Shown here: one piece after another, positions 1 to 8,915 of the stretch
Position numbering within the stretch: position 1 is the stretch's first letter
Layout of the letters: each line of letters begins with the position of its first letter
Position numbers and translations under genes: made by a program
Source: an uncultured Rhodospirillales bacterium
Lineage (GTDB): Bacteria > Pseudomonadota > Alphaproteobacteria > Rhodospirillales > UBA2165
DNA length: 64,000 nucleotides
Assembly: GCA_905614355.1 (NCBI GenBank)
Contig: CAJQSN010000015.1
Location: 22,325 to 86,324 of the forward strand
Reading direction: 5' to 3'
The notes under the pieces: model-generated
What the model saw: the letters and a program-made list of their open reading frames with translations, nothing else
Told to the model about the DNA's origin: nothing
The model's database searches: none

Positions 1-2
1 AA

Positions 3-251
3 ATTTTTAATGCGGGCGCTATTCTTTGTAACGAGGACAACATCTCAGGGCTTGGTGAGGGCTGGATAACTGGCGTCACATACTCTCCTGTATTTGGACA
101 TTGGATTGGTATCGGTTTTATTGCCGGAGGCTACAAAAATTGGATTTCCAGAGGAGCGATCGCAGCCGATCCAGTTCGCAAGGGGAATATTGAAGTTGAG
201 ATAGTATCACCCCACATGTACGATCCCAAGGGAAGTCGGCACCATGGATAA
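3..251 (+). CDS. soxA: sarcosine oxidase alpha subunit, C-terminal fragment (5' end lies outside the window)
   Basis: Frame 3 is open from the window edge: ...GWITGVTYSPVFGHWIGIGFIAGGYKNW...PVRKGNIEVEIVSPHMYDPKGSRHHG*. The stop overlaps the ATG of the downstream gamma-subunit gene (ATGGATAA), the usual soxA-soxG arrangement. Confidence 0.7.
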   Translation: MFNAGAILCNEDNISGLGEGWITGVTYSPVFGHWIGIGFIAGGYKNWISRGAIAADPVRKGNIEVEIVSPHMYDPKGSRHHG

Positions 252-816
252 TATCGTAACTCTGAGGGTCTCTGCTCTTGAAAGCAATTACACCCTAGGC
301 CATTTTGGTGATGGCCCAAATTCAGATATAATATTCCGTGAAGTAAAGAACTTAAAATTACATCAAATTGCCTTTTGGCCAGAGACACTAGAGAGCGTGG
401 AGACTGCTTTAGGAAAATCCATTGGGATCCCATTAATACCAGAGCCCAATAAGTCAATTATTAAAAAAAATATAGCTATAATGCGCACAGAACCCCTCAA
501 AATTTGGACCCTTGGCTCAAACACTCCTCTATTTAAAGCTAACGAAGCTACAACCCTTGACTTATCACATTCCCGATCACGTCTACAAATATCAGGGCCT
601 AAGGCTACTAAATTACTAAATAGTTTTTTACCTATTGATTTACGTGAGAGATCATTCCCACCAGGAACCCTTGCCTCCACCGTTTTTCATCACGTGGGTG
701 TAACATTGTGGCATACCAAGGTCGGATATGAGTTATTCTTACCCCGCGGCTTTGCATTATCACTATGGGAACTTCTTTTAGACGGAGCGGCACAATTTGG
801 TTACGATATAACTTGA
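244..816 (+). CDS. soxG: sarcosine oxidase gamma subunit
   Basis: 190 aa. Length and motifs (LDLSHSRSRLQISGPKA..LLN, HHVGVTLW, ELFLPRGFALSLWELLL) fit SoxG. Translationally coupled to the soxA end. Confidence 0.8.
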   Translation: MDNIVTLRVSALESNYTLGHFGDGPNSDIIFREVKNLKLHQIAFWPETLESVETALGKSIGIPLIPEPNKSIIKKNIAIMRTEPLKIWTLGSNTPLFKANEATTLDLSHSRSRLQISGPKATKLLNSFLPIDLRERSFPPGTLASTVFHHVGVTLWHTKVGYELFLPRGFALSLWELLLDGAAQFGYDIT

Positions 817-829
817 AACCGAGGCGTCA

Positions 830-1906
830 TCACAACCCAATAGTTTGTTCTGGGCTTGTAAACATAGATTTTAATTCAGGCCACTCTTTTAAACACTGAC
901 GTGTTTGTTCAAAATTATTGATGCATAACCGCCCGTCTTCCCACAAATTCTTGTTATCAATAGATACTGTTTGATCTATTACCATCCAACAAATTTCGCC
1001 TGGCGAATAGTTACCGCAAGTGTGGAAATGCAAGACTCTAGGGTTAGTAAATACAGTATTCGCCCAACGATCTGGATCGTCGGTTGCATTTGATAAATAA
1101 GAACACCCAGGGTGAATACCCGCATGAAACGAGTGTACGTTGTCACCTTGAATATTAAATTTTTCTGATACCATTTTATAGTGCTCACGAATTTTTTCAA
1201 CGGGCTTTGTTTTTCCCATAAAACCAGAAATGAGACCTCTGCTCACTTCAGCAAAAACAATACCTTCAATTTCTACGGCAGCCGGTTCATACACTTTTGA
1301 TCCGGTTGGCGTTAAATAATTAACTAGGGCAACGCGACCAGACATTTGAGAGGCGCTAAGAGGTTGAGGGACACCGAGCGGGAACCTCCGAACAGAAACG
1401 TCACCAGGCATTTCGCTTTTCTTATTTAACATTTTCCCCGAAATATCAGTGCCATGATCACATGTAATCCGGACTGTATTTGCCTCAAATAAAATATCAT
1501 TGACAGCCTGCTTTAAGTGCAAGAAGGCCCTGTAATCAGCACGCCCATAAGTTGACGCCAACATTCTTGCATCTCTTGCATAACACATTACGGTTTTTTT
1601 ACCAGGTGCCAAAACCTCAAAACGATCCTGATCTCCTATACGTGCAAGAAATATTGTACAGTCATGACTATCCACGGCGTTAAGCACCGTAAGATTTTTT
1701 TGATTACTCGGTTTCCCTACTTCTAATAAAGTGGGAATAATTCCCAGATTCCCTGCTTCTTGGTATAGAGCCTCAGCGACATCAGATTCATACCAACCCA
1801 GCCTTGGATCTTCGCTAATGATTACTAGAGTTTCCTCTTGTTTTAGCTCAGCACAATTTAAAAGTAAATTGCGCGCGCCCGTCGTAAGATCACTCGCAAA
1901 TGTCAT
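830..1906 (-). CDS. M29 aminopeptidase-like / NicX-like (2,5-dihydroxypyridine dioxygenase-like) family protein
   Basis: 358-aa intact ORF. Overall architecture and His-rich C-terminal half (VHSFHAGIHPG, LHFHTCGN) resemble the NicX/aminopeptidase-T fold family. Family assignment is tentative. Confidence 0.55.
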   Translation of the reverse strand: MTFASDLTTGARNLLLNCAELKQEETLVIISEDPRLGWYESDVAEALYQEAGNLGIIPTLLEVGKPSNQKNLTVLNAVDSHDCTIFLARIGDQDRFEVLAPGKKTVMCYARDARMLASTYGRADYRAFLHLKQAVNDILFEANTVRITCDHGTDISGKMLNKKSEMPGDVSVRRFPLGVPQPLSASQMSGRVALVNYLTPTGSKVYEPAAVEIEGIVFAEVSRGLISGFMGKTKPVEKIREHYKMVSEKFNIQGDNVHSFHAGIHPGCSYLSNATDDPDRWANTVFTNPRVLHFHTCGNYSPGEICWMVIDQTVSIDNKNLWEDGRLCINNFEQTRQCLKEWPELKSMFTSPEQTIGL

Positions 1907-1960
1907 AATAAGCTCCTCACTTCAACGATAGAATTTTTATTGTAAATATTAGATTAAATT

Positions 1961-2914
1961 TTAGGAGAATGCTTTGTTAAAGCGCCACGTCAAGTATTCG
2001 CCGCAGCTAATAGGCTTTTCTTTAGGTCTATGATTACTACCAAAAATTGTTCGCGAATCTATCAGAGTTTCGGAGTTAGGATCAAATGCCAGAACCAAAG
2101 AGAGCCGCTCCTGCCCAGATTCATTTATAACGCGATGTGGGGTAGATCTGTAACTACCGTCCGTCCAACGCGAAAGTAAATCTCCAACATTCACAATCAG
2201 AGTTCCATCTATAGGCGGGGCATAAACCCAGTTACCGCTAAGATCCTTAACCTGAAGTCCACCAACTGAATCCTGGCATAGAACGGTTAGGACGCCAAAA
2301 TCGGTATGTGGGCCCGCGCCAAATTGTTTTTCTCCCATACTTTCTAATTGCTGAGGGTAATAAACATATGAAGCACGACTGAGGGGTTGTGAGATATTTT
2401 GAAGAAAGAATTCTTCGTCCAAACCCATACCAATAGCAAACCCACGCAGCAAATGTCGAGCCACCTCACTAGCTTCATTAAAGTAAGAAAGTGCCGGTTT
2501 TTGCATCTCCGGTAGGAATACGGGCCATTTATTAACACCACGAACATAATGCTCGCCTAATGCTTCTTGACCTATATCTTTTGATCCCCAGATAAAGCTC
2601 TCCTTTAAGTCCGCTTTTGCGTTGTCCCTCATTTTTGATCGATTTGGCCCGAGCCAACCGCGGTGGTTTCCTGAAACAGAGACTAAAAATTTATCAGATT
2701 CTGGTGCCCGAAAGAATTTCAATGCGGTTGCCCGCGCTGATGCTATCGTTTCATAAGAGACCCCATGGCCTTTAATATAGATAAAGCCAATATCTTTACT
2801 TGCCTTGTGTAAAGACTTGGCGACGCCAACCGCATCAGTACCATCTCGAAGACGCGTAATGTCTATTACCGGTATTAAATTAGAATCAAAGTAACTTGCC
2901 TTAGCATAACCCAA
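1961..2914 (-). CDS. 2-oxoglutarate/Fe(II)-dependent oxygenase (isopenicillin-N-synthase-like)
   Basis: 317 aa. Has the HxD...H facial triad context (GAGPHTDFGVLTVLCQD..GGLQV ... STPHRV) typical of 2OG-Fe(II) oxygenases. Confidence 0.8.
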   Translation of the reverse strand: MGYAKASYFDSNLIPVIDITRLRDGTDAVGVAKSLHKASKDIGFIYIKGHGVSYETIASARATALKFFRAPESDKFLVSVSGNHRGWLGPNRSKMRDNAKADLKESFIWGSKDIGQEALGEHYVRGVNKWPVFLPEMQKPALSYFNEASEVARHLLRGFAIGMGLDEEFFLQNISQPLSRASYVYYPQQLESMGEKQFGAGPHTDFGVLTVLCQDSVGGLQVKDLSGNWVYAPPIDGTLIVNVGDLLSRWTDGSYRSTPHRVINESGQERLSLVLAFDPNSETLIDSRTIFGSNHRPKEKPISCGEYLTWRFNKAFS

Positions 2915-2976
2915 CTAGAGGAACTCCCTTACTATATAACCGTAAAATCTAAATTATTAGGTTTCTAAAAAACTTA

Positions 2977-3555
2977 TCAATCATCTGTATAATAACCGAT
3001 TGTATCTCCATCGGTTGAAACTCCTAGACCATTTAAACTACGATTAACATAATTGAAATAAGAAATAATCTGATTAGCTTCAAGAATTTGACCATCGTCA
3101 ACCCCCTCCGCTTTTAGATTATCTACGTCTGATTTAATGATCTCAGATGGCATCAAGGTTAACTTCTCAGCATAATTTAGCAGAGCAAGTTCTGCACCAC
3201 TAAAAGCATCTTGCGGCCTGCGTCCTTTGAGAGCCCTTTCGATCTCAATTGCTCTCGGCTCATTCGCAATTAAATGACGTGCATTTGACCAATGATTATC
3301 TAGTGAATAATTGCAATTATTCAGAATAGACACATATGAACTAATTGTTTCTTGCAACCAAGTAGGTAGAGTATTTGCCCCATCGTGTAACGCTGCCTGA
3401 TATAAGACCATATGCCCACGCATTGTGTTCGGTCTAAGAGAATGCACCCGCATCACGTTATCGACAGTCCCGTGAGGTGTACGAGATAATTCGAGAATAT
3501 TAAGCAAATCTTCGTTAGCATCCTCATCTGAAATCATTTTTATCCAAGCTGACAT
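2977..3555 (-). CDS. carboxymuconolactone-decarboxylase (CMD)/AhpD-like peroxidase-related protein
   Basis: 192 aa. The N-terminus MSAWIKMIS..DA...L.....R.PHG.VDNVMRVHSLRP matches the CMD-domain 'peroxidase-related enzyme' family pattern. Confidence 0.6.
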   Translation of the reverse strand: MSAWIKMISDEDANEDLLNILELSRTPHGTVDNVMRVHSLRPNTMRGHMVLYQAALHDGANTLPTWLQETISSYVSILNNCNYSLDNHWSNARHLIANEPRAIEIERALKGRRPQDAFSGAELALLNYAEKLTLMPSEIIKSDVDNLKAEGVDDGQILEANQIISYFNYVNRSLNGLGVSTDGDTIGYYTDD

Positions 3556-3573
3556 ATTTTCCTCTCTTCAACT

Positions 3574-4314
3574 TTATTTATCTGTACCCAGTCGGTTCTC
3601 CAACCAACGAACCCCTGCAGAAACAATTAAAATCAATACTAAATATTCAAGTACTAGTATTGTATAGACCTCTAGGGGACGATACTCGGTGACCACGAGT
3701 TCATTCGCCTTTCGCGTCAACTCTTGCATACCAATAACAGAGACTAATGACGACATCTTCAACATATAAACTAATTGATTCCCCAGTGCGGGCAAAACCC
3801 TGCGGATAGCCTGAGGTAAGATTACAAATCTCATTGTATCAATATAATTTAAAGAAATAGTATGCGAAGCCTCATATTGACCTTTATCAACACTCTGTAT
3901 GCCAGCTCGAAAAATTTCAGCTTCAAACGCGCTATCTGACAGAGCTAAGGCTATGACACCAGCCCAAAAAACGTCAATAGTAATTCCCGCCACCTGCGGC
4001 AACCCATAATAAACCCAAAGTATAAGTACTAATATTGGAACAGCCCGAACGATTTCCACATAAAACCGATTAATGCCCCTTAAAAAACGATTTTTAGAAA
4101 GTGCGGGCAGGGCTATGATTAACCCCACCACGATAGATATCACGATTGCTACTACTGATGTTAAAATTGTGTAATATAATCCGCTTAATAAAAAAATTAG
4201 ATTTGTAATTCCACCATCAGTTGTCGGATTAACGACATACCAACCCCAATTTCCAGAGCATCCAGACAGTAGTATTGTGAAAATAATAGCTATAAATAGT
4301 TTTTGCATAGTCAC
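3574..4314 (-). CDS. amino acid ABC transporter permease (His/Glu/Gln/Arg/opine type)
   Basis: 246 aa, multi-TM, with the EAA-like loop (DSAFEAEIFRAGIQSVDKGQYEAS) of polar amino acid permeases. Confidence 0.85.
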   Translation of the reverse strand: MTMQKLFIAIIFTILLSGCSGNWGWYVVNPTTDGGITNLIFLLSGLYYTILTSVVAIVISIVVGLIIALPALSKNRFLRGINRFYVEIVRAVPILVLILWVYYGLPQVAGITIDVFWAGVIALALSDSAFEAEIFRAGIQSVDKGQYEASHTISLNYIDTMRFVILPQAIRRVLPALGNQLVYMLKMSSLVSVIGMQELTRKANELVVTEYRPLEVYTILVLEYLVLILIVSAGVRWLENRLGTDK

Positions 4315-4317
4315 CGC

Positions 4318-5070
4318 CTAGTGATGTAAAATTTTATCAAGGAATTCTTGGCAGCGCTGACTATCTGGGTTAGTAAAAAATTTGTCAGGCTTAGCGGTTT
4401 CAACAATTTCGCCGCAATCCATGAAAACCATTTTATCAGCAACGTTTCGTGCAAAGCCTGTTTCATGTGTGACACAAATCATGGTCATGCCGCTGGTAGC
4501 CAGCTCAGTCATAACTTCAAGAACCTCTTTAATCATCTCTGGATCCAGCGCAGATGTTGGTTCGTCAAATAGTATAATAGTTGGTTCCATGCACAGTGAT
4601 CTAGCTATTGCTACTCGCTGTTGCTGTCCTCCAGAAAGTTGAACTGGATACTTGTTAGCCTGCTCCGGTATACGTACCCGCTCTAAATATTCCATTGCCA
4701 AATCAACGGCATCCGATTTTCTCATTTTACGGGCTCGTATTGGGCCTAAAGTTAAATTTTCCATTACGGTTAAGTGCGGAAACAAATTAAATTGCTGAAA
4801 GACCATTCCAATTTTAGATTTAATCATTGAAAGACTGTTTGCGCTCTGATCCAAAAGCACACCATCAACTTCTATTGTACCCGTCTGGTGCTCCTCTAGC
4901 CCATTAATACAGCGAATTAAAGTTGATTTACCGGAACCTGATGGCCCACAAATAACCACTCTCTCTCCAACAGACACATCTAATGAAACACCCTTCAACG
5001 CTTGAAAATCGCCGAAATTTTTAGAAATATTTTCAACATTAATAATACGACCCACTTTTGGTAACTCCAT
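4318..5070 (-). CDS. amino acid ABC transporter ATP-binding protein
   Basis: Walker A GPSGSGKST, signature LSGGQQQRVAIAR, Walker B ILFDEPTSALD. Confidence 0.9.
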   Translation of the reverse strand: MELPKVGRIINVENISKNFGDFQALKGVSLDVSVGERVVICGPSGSGKSTLIRCINGLEEHQTGTIEVDGVLLDQSANSLSMIKSKIGMVFQQFNLFPHLTVMENLTLGPIRARKMRKSDAVDLAMEYLERVRIPEQANKYPVQLSGGQQQRVAIARSLCMEPTIILFDEPTSALDPEMIKEVLEVMTELATSGMTMICVTHETGFARNVADKMVFMDCGEIVETAKPDKFFTNPDSQRCQEFLDKILHH

Positions 5071-5178
5071 TTACGGTACCCAATTAAAATATTCCCCGGT
5101 ATTGACAGCGACACCAAGTACACCACAATGTGTTGCAATTTAATGATTTGCAAGCGATGATCAAATTCAGAATAAACC

Positions 5179-5979
5179 ATGGAGAAAGAAATGAAAATTA
5201 CTAAATTAATTTCGAGTTTTGCCGCAATAGCGGGATTAATGTTAACAATGGCAACTAGTTCTTCCGCTGGTTCAGTATTGCAGGATGTTCTTAATGGAGG
5301 GGTTCTAAAGGTTGGTACAACCGGCGACTGGAACCCAATGACAATGAAAAACCCAGCAACAAACTCCTATAACGGTTACGATATAGACGTAATGACTGAA
5401 TTAGCTAAAGATCTAGGCGTGAAGGTTGAATTCGTGCCGACAGATTGGAAAACGCTAGTAAGTGGCGTCACATCTGGAAAATATCATATGACTGGTTCCG
5501 CATCTGTCTCACCAGCACGTGCTAAGGCAACAGGCTATTCCATAAGTTATTTCTCATTGGCTACGGTTCCTCTAACGCTAGTCAAAAATGCTAATAAATT
5601 TAAAGATTGGGGTGATCTTAATAAGCCTAGTGTAACAGTTGCAGCGACTCTAGGGACAACACAAGAAAAACAGGTAAAACTTTTCTTTCCTAAAGCAAAA
5701 CACAAGATTGTAGAAGCTCCTGCTCGTGACTTTCAGGAGGTATTAGCTGGAAGAGCAGACGCCCATATTACATCCAACGTTGAAGCTTATAAATTAGTAG
5801 AAAAATATACTCAAATGATGGTTGTTCCCGTTAAAGCAGCAAAAGCTCGAACTCCAATCGCCATGTTATTACCACAGGGCGATCAGGTCTGGATTAATTA
5901 TGTGAATACGTGGATTGGTTTGAAAACTGAGCGTGGATTTTTTAATAAGCTTGGGCGTAAATGGAAATTAAATAACTAG
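5179..5979 (+). CDS. ABC transporter substrate-binding protein, family 3 (polar amino acid type)
   Basis: 266 aa with an N-terminal signal peptide and a GYDIDV....L motif. Divergent from the permease/ATPase operon. The start could instead be the MKITKL Met at 5191. Confidence 0.8.
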   Translation: MEKEMKITKLISSFAAIAGLMLTMATSSSAGSVLQDVLNGGVLKVGTTGDWNPMTMKNPATNSYNGYDIDVMTELAKDLGVKVEFVPTDWKTLVSGVTSGKYHMTGSASVSPARAKATGYSISYFSLATVPLTLVKNANKFKDWGDLNKPSVTVAATLGTTQEKQVKLFFPKAKHKIVEAPARDFQEVLAGRADAHITSNVEAYKLVEKYTQMMVVPVKAAKARTPIAMLLPQGDQVWINYVNTWIGLKTERGFFNKLGRKWKLNN

Positions 5980-5987
5980 AAAAGGCG

Positions 5988-6010
5988 GGGCACCTCGGTG
6001 CCCTTCTTTT
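5988..6010 (+). terminator. rho-independent terminator-like hairpin after the binding-protein gene
   Basis: GGGCACC-tc-GGTGCCC followed by TTCTTTT. Ends 1 nt before the GST start codon. Confidence 0.5.
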
Positions 6011-6011
6011 C

Positions 6012-6641
6012 ATGCTGACTATCTATACAGTCCCAATCAGCCTTTATTGCGCAAAATTGCGCATTGTATTACGCCACAAAGAACTGGATTGGGAAGAGCA
6101 ACCACCGCCCGGTGGTTATGGCTCTGATGAGTATAAATCACTGGTAGCTTCGGGAAATCTTCCGGCACTGATTGATGGGAGTATACTGATAGCTGATTCT
6201 GAAGCTATAGCTGAATACCTAGATGAAAAGTATCCGGTCCCTGCTATGTTACCCAGTAATCTTGGTCGCAAAGCTAAAGTACGTGAATTAAGCCGGTTCC
6301 ATGACACCCGGTTTGAACCAGAGTTAAGAAAACTTTTTGGAAATATCACTTTAGATAAACGGGATGTTAGATTAAATAAAATTCAAGCTACTAAAATAAA
6401 TATGCGTCTAACACAACTTTCTAATATAGTTGATAGTACGCCGATTAGACTAACATTGGCCCATTGCGGTTACCCAATTACCTTTGCATGGCTTGACATC
6501 TTAGCTCCGTTATTATCCCTAGGCATTAAATGGCCAGAGAATATAATTAAGTGGCGTAAAGAAATCGAAAAATTTCCAGCAATTTCTATAGAACTTTCTG
6601 AGTATCGTCCAAAAATTAAAGAATGGCTAGATTCTCTATGA
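6012..6641 (+). CDS. glutathione S-transferase family protein
   Basis: 209 aa. The N-terminal thioredoxin-like GST domain (PISLYCAKLRIVL....W, GNLPALIDG...ADSEAIAEYLDE) is typical. Confidence 0.8.
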   Translation: MLTIYTVPISLYCAKLRIVLRHKELDWEEQPPPGGYGSDEYKSLVASGNLPALIDGSILIADSEAIAEYLDEKYPVPAMLPSNLGRKAKVRELSRFHDTRFEPELRKLFGNITLDKRDVRLNKIQATKINMRLTQLSNIVDSTPIRLTLAHCGYPITFAWLDILAPLLSLGIKWPENIIKWRKEIEKFPAISIELSEYRPKIKEWLDSL

Positions 6642-7387
6642 GACTTGACCTGGCAACTTGGCAAGAAGTTGATGCCTACCTTAAAAATTCGAGAGGCATT
6701 ATCATTCCAACTGGATCAACTGAGCAGCACGGCCCCATGGGCTTAATTGGGACGGATGCACTTTGCTCTGAGCAAATCGCAAATGAAGCTGGTAAAAAAA
6801 TTGGAGCCTATGTAGCTCCAACTTTGGCCTATACACCGGCACCTTTTAATATGTCATTCCCGGGCACAATCTCAATTTCTGTAGGCTTATTTGAGGCGTT
6901 AGTCACTGAAATAATTGTAAGCCTTATACACCATGGATTTAATAAAATTTATTTTATAAATGGTCATGGTGCTAATTTAGAACCTTTGAGACAAGTTGCC
7001 GATGCATTCCCAAGAATAAATATACGTATTAAAAGTTGGTGGGATTTTGATTCTGTAGACTCATTACGGCAGAATAATTTTGGTGACTGGGAAGGTATGC
7101 ATGCAACACCTTCTGAAATTGCAATTACACAGGCAACACATAGGACGCTTCCTCCGGGCGATGCATCTAAACCACCAAAGAAACTCTCGGCTTCATTCAT
7201 GAAAGCACATGCGGGAGATCGACATGGTCCCCCAGATCAACACCGTAAAGAATTTCCAGATGGTAGGGTTGGGTCTCATTCAGCTTTAGCAAACAGTAAA
7301 GTTGGCCGAAAACTTATTGATGCTGCTGTTATTGCCCTTACCCATGATTATCTGGCTATGAAGGAAACTAAACAACCAGTTGAGTAG
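6638..7387 (+). CDS. creatininase (creatinine amidohydrolase) family protein
   Basis: Motif PTGSTEQHGPMGLIGTD and INGHGAN. I chose the ATG at 6638 because it gives an ATGA overlap with the GST stop; the ORF-track start at 6623 is also possible. Confidence 0.8.
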   Translation: MRLDLATWQEVDAYLKNSRGIIIPTGSTEQHGPMGLIGTDALCSEQIANEAGKKIGAYVAPTLAYTPAPFNMSFPGTISISVGLFEALVTEIIVSLIHHGFNKIYFINGHGANLEPLRQVADAFPRINIRIKSWWDFDSVDSLRQNNFGDWEGMHATPSEIAITQATHRTLPPGDASKPPKKLSASFMKAHAGDRHGPPDQHRKEFPDGRVGSHSALANSKVGRKLIDAAVIALTHDYLAMKETKQPVE

Positions 7388-7458
7388 CCGCATATATCTA
7401 AAATACGCATTAAACAGATTTCTGTTATACCTGTAGCATGAGACTAAAAGGCTAATTA

Positions 7459-8169
7459 CTACACACCTAAATAACGATGCTGTAACTTTTCATCTTTCTG
7501 AAGCTCTTCGGAATTACCTGACCATACAACAACACCTTTTTCTATGATGTAATGCTGATCGGCTATTTTACATAAAGCACCAACATTTTTATCTATGACC
7601 AGGATAGATTGACCAGCCAATTTTAATTGCTCCAATACATCCCATATGTCATCGCGAACCAGGGGCGCCAATCCTTCAGTAGCCTCGTCTAATATCAGCA
7701 AATCAGGATTTGTCATCAACGCACGAGAAATTGCTAGCATTTGTTGCTCCCCGCCTGACAACTGATTGCCCGAATTAGATTGACGGACAGCCAGTGCGGG
7801 AAAAAGAGAATAAATTTTATCTACTGTCCATGGATCCTTTTTACTACCACGATTTGCTGCTGTTGCCACTAAATTCTCATGAACACTAAGATTAGGAAAT
7901 ATCTGACGCCCCTCTGGCACAAGACCTATCCCAGCTTGAGCCACCTTATATGATGGCTCACCAACTATTAGCTGCTCTTTGAAGAGAATTTTACCTGCAT
8001 GTGGCTTCATCAAACCCATAATTGAACGGATAGTCGTAGTCTTACCCATACCGTTGCGTCCAAGCAGCGTCACGACTTCACCAACACCAACCCTTATAGA
8101 AATTCCAAACAACACCTGAGAGGCTCCATAAGAGCTTTCTATATCATCAACCCGTAATAATTCAGTCAT
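7459..8169 (-). CDS. livF: branched-chain/hydrophobic amino acid-type ABC transporter ATP-binding protein LivF
   Basis: 236 aa. GRNGMGKTT, LSGGEQQMLAISRAL, LILDEATEGLAP. Confidence 0.85.
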   Translation of the reverse strand: MTELLRVDDIESSYGASQVLFGISIRVGVGEVVTLLGRNGMGKTTTIRSIMGLMKPHAGKILFKEQLIVGEPSYKVAQAGIGLVPEGRQIFPNLSVHENLVATAANRGSKKDPWTVDKIYSLFPALAVRQSNSGNQLSGGEQQMLAISRALMTNPDLLILDEATEGLAPLVRDDIWDVLEQLKLAGQSILVIDKNVGALCKIADQHYIIEKGVVVWSGNSEELQKDEKLQHRYLGV

Positions 8170-8915
8170 TAGCCATCCCCTAGGTAGGCAGCCCGAACTT
8201 CTTTATTACTTCGGATTTCCTCTGGAGTACCACACGCTATAGCTTTTCCATAGACCAATACTGTTATCCGGTCTGCTAATGCAAAGACTGCGTCCATATC
8301 ATGCTCAATCAAGAGCATGGTATAGTTAACCTTCATTGAATTGAGAAATTTCGTTACCGTTGAGGATTCTTCCGGGCCCATTCCGGCCATGGGCTCATCC
8401 AACAGCAACATCTTGGGTGATGTAGCTAATGCCATAGCAACCTCAAGTTGCCGCTGTTCTCCATGAGCTAAATTATCCGCCAAAATACCAGCTTTATCCT
8501 GAAGGCTGGTTTCATTAAGAATTTTCATAGCCTTTTCAGAGAGATCAGCATCCTTACCTGCGTCATCCCAAAACCGAAAACTGTGCCCTTCACGAGCTTG
8601 TATAGACATTGCTACATTATCTAAAACCGAAAAGTCTTTAAAAATCGATGTAATTTGATACGATCGAACCATTCCGGCATGGCATCTTTTTGGTGCTGAA
8701 AGATGGCTTATTTCTTTTCCATCAAATTGAATGGTTCCGCTATCTGAATTCAACAAGCCAGAAAGCTGATGAATGAGGGTTGTTTTTCCAGCTCCATTCG
8801 GACCAATAATCGCGTGAATTTCCCCTTGTATAACATCCATGCTAAACGAGTCTGTTGCAACCAAACCACCAAATCTCTTTACTAAATTTTCAACTTTTAA
8901 CATGATATCAGCCAT
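8169..8915 (-). CDS. livG: ABC transporter ATP-binding protein LivG
   Basis: GPNGAGKTT, LAHGEQRQLEVAMAL, LLLDEPMAGMGPEE. Start taken at MADIMLKV, where AATGGCTGA overlaps the livM stop. Confidence 0.85.
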   Translation of the reverse strand: MADIMLKVENLVKRFGGLVATDSFSMDVIQGEIHAIIGPNGAGKTTLIHQLSGLLNSDSGTIQFDGKEISHLSAPKRCHAGMVRSYQITSIFKDFSVLDNVAMSIQAREGHSFRFWDDAGKDADLSEKAMKILNETSLQDKAGILADNLAHGEQRQLEVAMALATSPKMLLLDEPMAGMGPEESSTVTKFLNSMKVNYTMLLIEHDMDAVFALADRITVLVYGKAIACGTPEEIRSNKEVRAAYLGDG

